A stretch of DNA of 64,000 nt, taken from the NCBI GenBank assembly GCA_017499595.2, contig CM038999.1, positions 3,658,001-3,722,000 on the forward strand, read 5' to 3'. The notes beneath the pieces are model-generated. The model was not told the DNA's origin. It worked only from the letters and a program-made list of their open reading frames with translations, and did no database searches. Position 1 is the first letter of the stretch, and each line of letters opens with the position of its first letter. A program made the translations under genes and the position numbers. Of this stretch, positions 1-10,700 are shown one piece after another. This DNA comes from Psilocybe cubensis. Taxonomy: Eukaryota.

Positions 1-966
1 TGCCAGTAAGGCTGGTAAGTTATATTTACAAATCTATACTACTAGTGAGCGGTCTAATGCAATGGCCTAGGTTCATGCAAATCTAATGGCACAGATCCTC
101 AACCATTTCATCGCACATTATGTGGCCAAAAGCTTCCCAACATTGTGCTCAATACTGCAGCCAGCCAACAACTGTATGTAACCAATTCCCAGGTCTATCT
201 GAGAAACGAGGATCTATGCACCATAGGACAGTTTGTCATTGCCCAAATTCATCCATCCCAGCCGCCTCTGATAGGGTGTGTTCGAGAGATCTTGCAGCAG
301 GTTGGCTCTCCAAACCATCTTCAAAACCGGCCCGATGGTATTCTTATTCAAACAGCTTTACACCAACCGCCGTCGCACATATTGCCTGCTGGACAACTGC
401 AGCCAGTTTTTATGCTCCGTCTGATTCTTCAGCAGGAATGGTCCTTCATTCCGTGGAGTTGCCTTCTTTGCACCGTAAATACTCAACATGACTGTCAACG
501 TCATGGATGCCAGGCAAATGGGCTACAATACATCTATCAAGAGCAAATACAAACTGATCAGACTAAGGCAACAATACTGCATCAAAACTCATTGGATGAT
601 ATGCTCCTCCTCAATATGTGTCAAATGCGCGATGCTGCTCATCTCCAAAGTTTTCACCTCCACTCTGCCCCGTTAAACGAAGATGCTATAATTCAAAGAA
701 GTGTGGCTCAAGCCATTGTTCAACGGAAGGTAGGAGAAGCCTCCCAATCAAGTACTTCCAAACCAACCAAAACACCAACAGCCGCCTTGAGACAACATGC
801 CCAGAGCCCCTTGGGCACCCCTACTCTAGCAGCCACACCTTCTGGGGGTGTCAGTTTGCCTCAACATGCTTCAGCAGGAACATCTTCTGGAGGTGTTAGT
901 TCACCTCGACGTAGCAGGCAAGCATCTGTGGTATATCCAGGTCAAATAACATTGGACTTTCGATAG
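1..966 (+). CDS. 3' part of a putative transposase-associated protein (5' end outside the window)
   Basis: Intron gtaagt(15)..ctag(70), then an open frame GSCKSNG... to the stop at 964-966. The Cys/His motif CTVNTQHDCQRHGC followed by LLLNMCQMRDA resembles, from recall, C-termini of basidiomycete EnSpm-like transposases. No DDE core is visible in the window. Confidence 0.5.
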
Positions 967-1019
967 AAGTAAAACCATACTGTATTTATTTACTAGAATT
1001 CTACAAGAAGAATAGCAGA

Positions 1020-3156
1020 TCAAACTTGTCCAGAGACCTCAAACGCAGCTTTTGAAATAAGATCTTGTAAGGTGCACAACATGCCCAACCCCCTCTTCCA
1101 TCGTGTTGGCCTAAGCTCCATTTGCTCTTGATAAAGCTTGGGGTTTGTACGTTTTAACTCCTTCTCGGTGCGGTAGCCATAATCAACCCATCTAAACAGG
1201 CCACCTGAAGCATACTGAGTAAAGGAAGCACGCTCCTCTCCGTGTTCAATGCTGGTGTTTGAATGTTCTAGGACGGCGGACAGCATAAGGATGGTAGATC
1301 CTGCAGGGAACTCAATGGCCACTTTCAGGCCCCACACCACAAAGTGACCACCCTTTTTGGCATTGAATTTCCCTAAAGACTGGATGGCGCACCAGCCATA
1401 TGGACAGTTTTTGATATCAAAATGCGGGATGGTGCAAACCACAGACCCTAGGTTGAAGGTGGCCGCCGGAAATATGCTGCGGCGAAACAGTCGGACTAGC
1501 GTGGAGTCATTGGCGAATATCTTATCCATGTACAACTTATAGTGGTTGTACACTTTAGGGCTCCATGTAGCAAATGCACCTGTGGATGTGTTTAAAAACA
1601 GGTTCACAAAACAGGCATAGGAGTCACTTACTGCTGGCAAAACTGGCCATTTGTTGAATGCTTTCCGACTGCAAGAGCTTGGCAGTGATTTTGGGATGGC
1701 GCTGGACGCGGTTGAGTGGAGAGTGTGTCCCTACACCGTGTGTAACGCCGATGTTGAGTGCGGGATAATGACCACGATTTTCTGAATAGTCTTTGTGTGT
1801 AAACACTGTGGTGTGTCCGGCCTCCCTCAGTAGATCAAATGCTTCCTCCGTGGCACGTTCGTATGCAGGGTCCTTAGGACGGCCTGCCAGAACCATAAAA
1901 ATACGTCCGTCTTCAGAAACAAACGGGACGGGGGTGCTATAGTGCATTAGCTTTAACTCCATCAAACTGAACAGATCAGAAGAGTTGTAACTCACCATCT
2001 ATCCCAAGGTATAATGCGGAACCCAAGGGCCTTGATGGCATCCAAGCTATATAGGTGACTTTTGTGGGGTTTTGTTGGTTTAGCACCATAGGCGCCTTGC
2101 GTGGCAGGCAAAGTGTCAAGCTTGACGTTGAGAGCCTCTGGCTGGCAGCTGGGAAGCATGCTTAAAAGACTGGGTTTTGGTGTGTGTCCGTGCTTATTGT
2201 ATTGTAACGTCCGCTGATACTTGCGGCTGCGATGACTGTTGGAAAGCCCATTGTATGGCCTTTTCAGGCTGGCGGTTTGCACGGATGGGTCTCGCTGAGG
2301 TAACGAAAGCGAAAGCTTGGTCGACGATTGCGAAGGTACAATCGGCGGTGTCAACATATTGTCAACCGATGGTGTCAACGCATCGTGGGCTGACAGCATC
2401 GACTCGCGGGTTGACGGGGTCGACGCGTTGTGGGCTGACGTCGTCGATTCGCGGGTTGACGGGATCGACACATCGTGGGCTGACGTCGTCGATTCGCGGG
2501 TTGACGGGGTCGACGCGTTATGGACTGACAGCATCGACTCGCGGGTTGACGGGGTCGACGCGTTGTGGGCTGACGTCGTCGATTCACGGGTTGACGGGAT
2601 CGACACGTCGTGGGCTGACGTCGTCGATTCGCGGGTTGATGGGGTCGACGCGTTATAGACTGACAGCATCGACTCGCGGGTTGACAGGGTCGACGCGTTG
2701 TGGGCTGACAGCATCGACTCGCAGGTTGACGGGGTCGATGCGTTGTGGGCTGACGTCGTCGATTCGCGGGTTGACGGCGTTGACACGTCGTGGATCGACG
2801 TCATCGATTCACGGGTTGACGGGGTCGACACGTCGTGGATCAACGCCGTCGGCGTCGACGTATTGTTCGTAAACTGCATCCAGGTATCGTCCGTCGACCG
2901 ATTCTTTGACGCATCGTGGATCGACGGCGTCCAGATGTTGTGAACGGATGGCGTCGACGTATCGTCGGTCGATGGAATCAAGACATCTATTGACAAGTAC
3001 GTGAATGGGCAGATGACGAGTAGGCAAACATGGTGACTCACCTTGATCTAGATCTAACAAGTCTGTGTCCTCCCTTGCATCTGCTGCCCGCCAGGCAGAG
3101 ATCAAGTCAAAAGCCAACGGATCCTCCCATACCTCAGGCTGACACTGGGCATACAC
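1020..3156 (-). CDS. TET/JBP-family 2-oxoglutarate/Fe(II) dioxygenase (fungal TE-associated type) with an S/T-rich repeat N-terminal region; true start uncertain (possibly ~3490)
   Basis: Introns 2987-3041, 1937-1995 and 1580-1631 splice in frame. Motifs: FPAATFNLG, PHFDIKN (HxD), GWCAIQSLGKFNAKKGGH, EFPAGS, LEHSNT (distal His), EERASFTQYASGGLFRWV (2OG-binding Arg). Confidence 0.88.
2388..2837. repeat. Coding tandem repeat of 10 x 45 bp (15 aa, H[DN][VA]STPSTRES[TM][TL]S[AV]) with 135-bp higher-order structure
   Basis: Read directly; example unit ggctgacagcatcgactcgcgggttgacggggtcgacgcgttgtg at 2388-2432. Degenerate copies flank the array. Confidence 0.95.
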
Positions 3157-3502
3157 CCTCCCAGATCATGTCTGCTTGAACAGATTTCCGATTTAAAACT
3201 TGGTATATGCATAGAAAAGTTTCCAAGGACGTACCGTATAGCGCGCCTATTGGCAGGCCGACATCTGTGCATGCAAAAACCAACGGTGAGCAGGGTTCTT
3301 GCAATCATGACACGCCCCAGCTCCTGCGTTGGCTGGCAGTTTGACAGACCCGGTCCAGGGGTGATCCCTCGCCTGGCAAGCCTCTAACCAACGCGAGAGC
3401 TGGGCCCTGTCGCGTTTCTGATATACGAACGTTTGCTTACCGGTGGGACGGGTATTTATACGAACGCGAATGAGGGGAATGTTGAACCTCATTAAACAGA
3501 TC

Positions 3503-3543
3503 AGGGGTCAGGTGATAGGGGTCAGGTGATAGGGGTCAGGTGA
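3503..3543. repeat. 3 x 14-bp tandem repeat AGGGGTCAGGTGAT upstream of the TET gene
   Basis: Directly visible. Confidence 0.9.
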
Positions 3544-3755
3544 CGTAGGTGGACGCGTTGCACCCGCGACACACTTCAACTGCTTTGACCTCAGAACACC
3601 TGGTAATACGTCAGTCCGCTACAAACACAAACACCGCAGAGTAATGCAGGTCTCAGGAATACTACCCAGGTGCGTTATATTTCATGCATCCCTTTTGTAA
3701 GGCCAAATTGACAATATAGTATTGAAAGTGCTGCAGATTCTATTTCACAAACCGT

Positions 3756-4659
3756 CTAAACAATAGCAATGGGATTGTCAGACTGCAAAGGCTGAGGAGG
3801 AATGTAAACCGGTACGTTAATGCCATGGGACGTCAACGCTGCTTTCAGCTGTTGGCTCCAATGCCTCTCTTCTACCAGCATAATTGCTGTGTTGTGTTCC
3901 TGTCTGACATATGTCCTCAACTGCTCTTCTAGACCCTCCACCACCAACGTCAGGTATGCAGAGCGTTGTTTGGAATTCTTCACAGACCTAACCAAGTTTT
4001 TTACCGCCTTTTTAGTTGACTGGGCCTCCTGGCGTGCTGCGGCAAGGTCCAACCATGCCGTTCAAAGCTGATTCTTATAGGCCACAGCTTCTCTTGTTGC
4101 CTCGATGGCTATTTCACGCCAAACAGTAATCTCTGCCTCCAGATCGCGTCGGGAACGTGGATAGGCCCTGTTCAAGCTGATTGTGGTTTTGTTGCGGGGA
4201 ACCTTGGAGGAATGGTCTAATAAAGTGGATGTGAGTGGTCTCAACCTTTCACAGCAATACTGTCAACTTATGAAACGCACCATTCTTTTCAGGCATTTTG
4301 GATACAACCGGCTGGTCTTCGAGATCGCTTTGGCACGTTGATCCAGGGGTATCACCTAGTTGAGTTTGGATGGTGTAAGTTCAAGTGCATTCGTGATAAG
4401 ATTCTATTTACCAAGGCCGTAAAAACTGTAGTTGGGCAGACCATCAGTAACGTCAAGCCCTACGGGTGGGAGGTCAGGGTAGGTTATGCTGAGGTTTAAC
4501 AAGGTTTGTTTACTGACCTGCATTCAGAGTTGACAGGTACTTTTTAGGTGCCTCATCGTCTTCATCTTGGTTGTGCTTCCTGAAACTTTTTTTTGGCGAT
4601 GGAGTCTTAGGCGACAGCAGGCGGGATGGTAGACAATTGTCAAGAGTGTTGGTAGACAT
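3756..4659 (-). pseudogene. Multi-exon coiled-coil accessory gene of the element with one in-frame TGA
   Basis: ATG at 4659 (MSTNTLDNC...) and GT-AG introns. ORFs 4062-4244 and 3756-4052 share a frame, interrupted at ...YKNQL*TAWLDLAAARQEAQ (TGA at 4062-4064). Confidence 0.55.
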
Positions 4660-4808
4660 GTTGAGCGGTTCAAGATAACGAAACCACACAAATATCAGAC
4701 TGATGGTTAAGGGAGTGAGAGAGTGAGACAAAAGGTGAGCAAACCTTTGGAATAACTTTGACGCCTCCTTTTTATGTGACGCATAGGTTTGTTGTTGTTG
4801 ATGTGACA

Positions 4809-4866
4809 CGACGCGAATTGTTGATTGACCTCGAACGCGACGCGAATTGTTGATTGACCTCAAACG
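4809..4866. repeat. 2 x 29-bp tandem repeat between divergent accessory genes
   Basis: cgacgcgaattgttgattgacctc(g/a)aacg occurs twice. Confidence 0.9.
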
Positions 4867-4957
4867 CGATGTGATTCGTTTGTTGTGGCAAACATGGCAA
4901 ATCAAACTTGGGGTATAAAAGCAAGGTAAGAGATGTTTGCTTGATTCTGAATCCACA

Positions 4958-6517
4958 ATGTCTCATTCTTCGATTGACCCAGCTTTTGCATCACAGCCTG
5001 TTTCTCGTGACGTGGACCGCCCAACTGGTACATAGCTGTTTATTGACAACCTGGTTCACCGATTCAACCTCACAAGCAACCACAGTGCAGATCTCACTTT
5101 TCTTTATCAGGTAAACTTGTTTTTTACATAACGCCTACATCAAACTGCTTCTAACTCGTAAACCCGCAGATCTGTACAGCCGTGCCTGAAGAGCAACCTC
5201 CTTAGACCGAAGTGATAAGTCGAATCATGATGTTGGCCTGCCAGTTTGGGGCCGAAGTTCGTCTGCATAAAGCACTGACTGCCACGCAAACACATCTACA
5301 AGGACTCGGGCAGCTGAGCAGTTTTTTGGCTGATTATGAGCTGCAAAAAGATGAGAACTTTGTGTTATCAAATGCACAAAAGGTGAGTCATTGTTTGCCT
5401 TTATGAACACGGTGGTCTGAGCCAGCTTTTAGATGGCCATTAAATCAACCTGTATCAAAGAGCTTCTAAAGCCCTCTAGACAGTCCTTTAAGACGCTTCA
5501 CATCGATGTTGAGGTGCGTTCTTTTCACTTTAATTGGCGGTCTAAAACAAATGCATTTGCAGGCAAAGATGAAAAAAAAGCCCGCAGACAATTACCTTGA
5601 CAACATCCTGAATCGGCTGGGACGTGAGGCCAAATGGATGGCGCATATACAAACCGTTTGTACAATTCAGAGAAACACGCTTCGAAAAGAGGTGTGTGGT
5701 TGTCCGGTTTACCATATGCCGTGTACTGATGTGTGAAATTAAAGATCATACAAAGCATAACTCCAGGCCCAAAGTTTACTTCTGTGCAAGAATTTGCGGC
5801 GGGCCTCATTGTGAAATATTGTCTGCCTACGTCAGAGTCTGGTGCAAATTCCAATACAGCTTACCTCTCAAAACATGTGTTATTGGTGTGTCTTCAATAT
5901 TTCTGATTCAAAAAGTTTCACTAACGTGGCAATGTAAAGTGGCGGTTTTTCTGGGACCATTCATCTATGTTTTCGGCCTTTGAACTTGAGAAGGATGACA
6001 ACAACTCAGAAGAGGAGAACAATGACCAGGATTTTGGAACACCAAGCACCGACAACTCTAGCGATTCGGGTCATTCTGCTACCAAAAACGTAAATTGCAA
6101 AAAACAAACATTCCCGCTGGGAAAACTCGCGGTCGGGTGGCTGATGGCGAAGACTATTGGTCCAAAGTTGATCAATGGCTCAAGAGGCTTGACGATGAGC
6201 TGGGAGATAATACAGCTGAGTTGAAACAGTCCGAGTTTTCTCTTGTATTCTCAATGAGTTATGCTAAGCTTGTGAATAGATTTATTGCTGAATGTCTGGA
6301 GATGGACTCTCTCAGGACCAATAAAGGCTTAGATTTCTCAAGCCACCCTTCCGAGCGCTCTTTTACCAGCCCTAGCGATGTCACATCCGACCCACAACCC
6401 ACCACTATACAGTCCTTTCCTTCCAATTCTTCTTCGAGGCTGCCTGAACCTCATTTAAATTTTGGTAATGCAATTGCTCAATTATTTAGTGGTCCTTCAA
6501 CAGGTAGACCTTTTTAG
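4958..6517 (+). CDS. Multi-exon accessory hypothetical protein of the element (possibly degenerate)
   Basis: Coding-like segments separated by short introns: LSSFLADYELQKDENFVLSNAQK; HIQTVCTIQRNTLRKE; GRVADGEDYWSKVDQWLKRLDDELG. Stop at 6515-6517. Exon structure not fully resolved. Confidence 0.45.
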
Positions 6518-6991
6518 CCACTAGACTCCACTACAATATAGTTATTAATTATGCGGAAATGTATGTGTAAACGCAACTAAATCTGAAGTTGATGTTGAGA
6601 ACATGTAGCCCCTAATATTCAGTTTGCTAGTGTTTGGCACCGGTGATCATTTGATCAACAGCAACGAGTTATCGCTTTCATCTTTTCCTCCATGATCTCG
6701 CACAGCGGCACCGTGTTTTCCGCCGTGCATTGTTAAGAGATCCAGCCCTTTCATGTACTAAAAGCCATGCACTGGAAAGATCCAGATTCCCAATATGTGG
6801 GAACGCGTTGAGCGGCATGGTTGGGCATAGTTTTTTTTTGGTGACTGACATTTGATTTGTAGATCGCACACTGGTGCAAGAACCTGCTTATTGCTGAGTA
6901 TTTTTAGACAGCTATCCATGGCGAAAATTACTTATTTTAACACCACAGGTTCAAGAATATGTGCTTTGAAGTTTGACAAGGTCCAAGAACA

Positions 6992-7150
6992 CCATTGCCG
7001 GAATCGATAGCCATCGTTGACACCATAGTTTGGCTCTGGAGAATGGGTGATAGTTGGATGCGCAACACAACATCGTCAACGCCATAGCCGGAATCGATCG
7101 CCATTGTCGACACCATAGTTTGGCTCTGTGGAATGGGTATTTGTGGATGC
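6992..7150. repeat. Imperfect tandem duplication with ~90-bp period
   Basis: gccggaatcgat.gccat.gt.gacaccatagtttggctctg starts at 6997 and again at 7087. Confidence 0.85.
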
Positions 7151-7338
7151 AATAACCCAGTGAGTACTTTATAGGATAGACGTTAGATTAGTAGTTATTT
7201 AGCTTCAGCTTCATGCTCAATATATGGTGTTTTATTATAACCTAATCTTGTATGAAAGACCAAAAATAAAATTTCACAATGATATTATACTGTGAATACA
7301 TATGAAAAGCCTACAAAAAAATATGTATTTGCTAGAAT

Positions 7339-7508
7339 GTGGCTGACACAAACGGTGCTTGGCACTTATGTGGCAGCCACATGAATTTCGGCCTGTTGTG
7401 TCACCCACTGATATCGGATGGAGGTGGCAGACACATGTTTATTTGTGTCTGACATACATCGGCCAAACACATCCAAAAATGTGTCCAGCGGCCGCCTGTG
7501 TAGTTGTG
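7339..7508. repeat. Candidate right terminal inverted repeat with subterminal repeats
   Basis: Alternating motifs GGCTGACACA, TGTGTCACC, GGCAGACACA, TGTGTCTGAC, GGCCAAACACA and TGTGTCCAGC, then the terminal TGTAGTTGTG. Confidence 0.55.
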
Positions 7509-7754
7509 GGCCTCTTCATCACCCAAACCTATTAGTACCTGCCTATTTACTTTACAAATACAAGGCCCGACACTCCAAAAATGAGAAATTGTTATTACAA
7601 AATAAAAAAAATATTACAAGCACCACATAAAATAAGTACTAGGGCAGCATAGTGCGCATATAGGATGTAATAACTAGAGGGTGTACGGTGCGTCATGAAG
7701 GTTGCATAAAGGGTCATAAATGTGCTCGTCAATTGGTAGCAATCAATCAATCAA

Positions 7755-10700
7755 TCATTCTTCTCTGCGTCGTTTCGCCTTGCCTTTCTTTTCTCTACAA
7801 GAAGTCAGTCATAAATTAAATCAACAAGGAAACAAAGTAGACATACAGGAATCCACGCTCTTTCCGCTTCCTACTATCTTTTTTGATGGCATTCCGCTGA
7901 ATCTTCCTCTTCGCAGCGGCTTCTGGGTGCGTTGACGCCTGCAAAACCCTCGCAACCTTTCGCTCTCTGCGGACCCCAAGGACACTCTGTCGGATCTGGT
8001 TGTAAACCGTAGCAAACTTAGTCGTCCCAACTTTCGATTGTACCAGATCCTGCAGCTCCGTGGCTGTGGTTTTGAGTTCCTCTGCACCACGAAGGTTGTG
8101 TAAGTACGAAAAAAATAGAGCGATATAGAGGTAGACCTACCCATTTGCGAGTCTCTGATAGTGTCATCTTCAATAATACGATATACGGGGGTCAAGATAT
8201 GAACAAGGAACTGCTCAAGCCTCTCCGCCTCCATATGCGATGTCATAGCTGCAAACCATCTCAGTCCAGCCAAAGGCTGCTGGGACCAGTTTGGCTAGAT
8301 AATCGGAAAACTATCAGCAAAAAAAGAAACAACTTGAAAAGAAAAAAAAGGCTCCATACCCTTGACGCAGCCTTACTTCTCCTCGCAATATGCCCCGATT
8401 TGATCTGATACGATACTTTCGAGAACAACCACGGCAGCGGACTGTGCAGATTCTTCAACTTATCGCTAGTCTCCTGCCCAAGCGATTCCGCCGCCAGCCC
8501 ACCATTCTCGTTATCCAAAATATCTTCCGCATCTTCGTCGATCGCTGTGGCATCAGCGACAGGCATCAAATAGAAACATTTGCCGAGATAAAACAGGTTT
8601 TTAACAACCTGCAGACCGAGCGCTTCGTCAAGGTGCTCGCTTTTGAGTTGTTGCGTGAGTTGCCGGGCGACAAGTTGCATGCCTGTACGTGACAGAGGGT
8701 GTTCATCAGGAAGATTCGTGCGTGGGGCAGCGACAGGGACAGCGGAGAAGAAAAGACCGAGTAGCCTACACGCCGCAGTGCGTACCCATGCATGAGGAAA
8801 AAGAAGATGATCTATAACAGGCAGCCACTCCACTTTGTCCTCTTCAGTCGCAAAGCTGGGATATACGCGAACAACCTTGGTAAGGACAGTAAGAGAATGG
8901 TACGGAAGTTGCCATTCCAGTTCCACTTCCATGTCATTGGCCTCTTCAAATTCTTCTGCGGTCTTGATGGCAGCAGAACTTCGATTCAGGGAACTCTTCA
9001 AATCTTCCAAAACGACGGAAATGTAAGGCTGCGTTTCGGCCTGAGCGATGTCAATGATAAAACCGTACACCTGCACTGCGACCCATGTCAGAAGCGGCTG
9101 AGCGGACTGAGAGGTCCACGAATGAAGATGTGACAGTAAAGCATTTCGGCGTTCTTCGTCCAACCTCGACCACAGGTTCTTGATGAGCTGCGCGGCCATT
9201 TCACGGCATTTAGAAGATTCATCATTGGCAACGACCATAACGAGGGCGACAAACAGAAGATCCGCATACTCTTGAATCAGGTTTGCCTGGAATTTGACGA
9301 TTACAGCACTAAGCAGCTCCATGATACTAGTGCGTCCCGACTCATGTATATATGACAGATTTTTTGCAAAGAAAGCCATCTGATTGCGTAAGCGACCTTT
9401 GCCTTGAGGATAATCAAGGAGAAATTGAAGAAGTACACCTCGACATAGTTCCTGGACTTGCGTCGACTGGCTCGTAACTGAAACTTCTGAAACCTTCTCC
9501 ATAAGGTCATAAATCTCAGGGACAACAAACTTGCGGGCCACAATTGCACGAAGGAGCGTGAAAACAGCCGCTTGCCGGTCAGGTTCCTCGAGATCGGGAG
9601 AAAGAAGTTCGATCAAATATACCAGATCTTTTTCTTTGACCTGAACTGGAGGCCCATCACGAAGGATTGCACCCAACGACTTGAATGCGACCTGAACGAG
9701 TTCCGATTCCGTGTTACCAGTTTGCCTGATGATGTCAAGAATCTGCTGGACGATGACGGGAATGGACTTTGTAATGGCTTTGAGTGGGCATTTAACCAAA
9801 CCGGCCGCGCATCGCATCCCCAGTATCAAAACAGATGCGTTCGTTGAGTATAATGTATTTCCAACCACAACGACCATAGATTCAAGTCGGGAAAGTTGGG
9901 CAGGTTCTCGGAAATCGAAACGATTGCGTTTGAGGGCAGTGTTCAGTAACTCCAGTCCAAAAGTTACAAATCTAATACAACAGTTGATTTTCTTTTACAA
10001 AAGCTAGAAGATATAAAGTCGTACCGGAAAGAGTTATTTGCATAGTGATCAACCTCTGATGCAGCATTTCTCTTCATTTGTACAATGGCATCTCCTTTGG
10101 CGCTGGCCTTGCGACGTGAAGGCGTCTGTTGAAGGAATTTCGCGTTTTGGCTGATCAAGGTATTGCACAGTGCGAGAAGCTCAGTCTGTACCAAATGTTT
10201 ATTGCTGTTTAAACCCGTCGATATGCGCTTCAAAACCTCCTCTACCAAGGTCATAACCTTGATTGCCTCAGTTTCTTGCATGATAGTCTTTACAGGAAGC
10301 AGGAGACTGCTGATTTTCGGAGGAGTTACGAACTTGGCTATAATAGCAAACGAATCGAGACCCATCGACGAGGACGCACGTACTTCTCGCATTTTCGTCT
10401 TGAAGTCTTCCGCCTGGACGTCTTTACCCGACTCGCCAAAAATGACCTCCGCAGAAACATAAGCGACGTCGTTCACACAATCATCGAGCATTGTGAATTC
10501 GGCAGCATGCTCCCCCGAGGTAACGTGCAGAATGAGCGAATGCACTGCATAGGCAAGAACATGGAGTTGTGGACCACGTAAGAGAGCGGCTCTCAGCTCG
10601 CGCAGAATTATTGGTAGGTAAGAAGGCCCAAGGGCCACAGCTATACGATTCAGAGAATCGCGAGTCAGATCCCTAGTTTCTTGAGATTTGCTGCGCATAA

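Larger units (their letters stand above)
1..7508. mobile_element. Right portion of a large DNA transposon (CMC/CACTA-EnSpm- or Plavaka-like) carrying a TET/JBP gene; left end lies outside the window
   Basis: Contains a transposase-like C-terminal ORF, a TET/JBP gene, accessory ORFs, several internal tandem repeats and an in-frame stop. Ends in ...CCTGTGTAGTTGTG (reverse complement CACAACTACACAGG), preceded by clustered GACACA/TGTGTC motifs. The superfamily is inferred. Confidence 0.65.

Noticed and set aside
2388-2837. 45-bp array as a CRISPR array, and + strand ORFs 2177-2872 and 2317-2658
   Set aside because: No unique spacers, eukaryotic context; the extra open frames are a by-product of the repeat.
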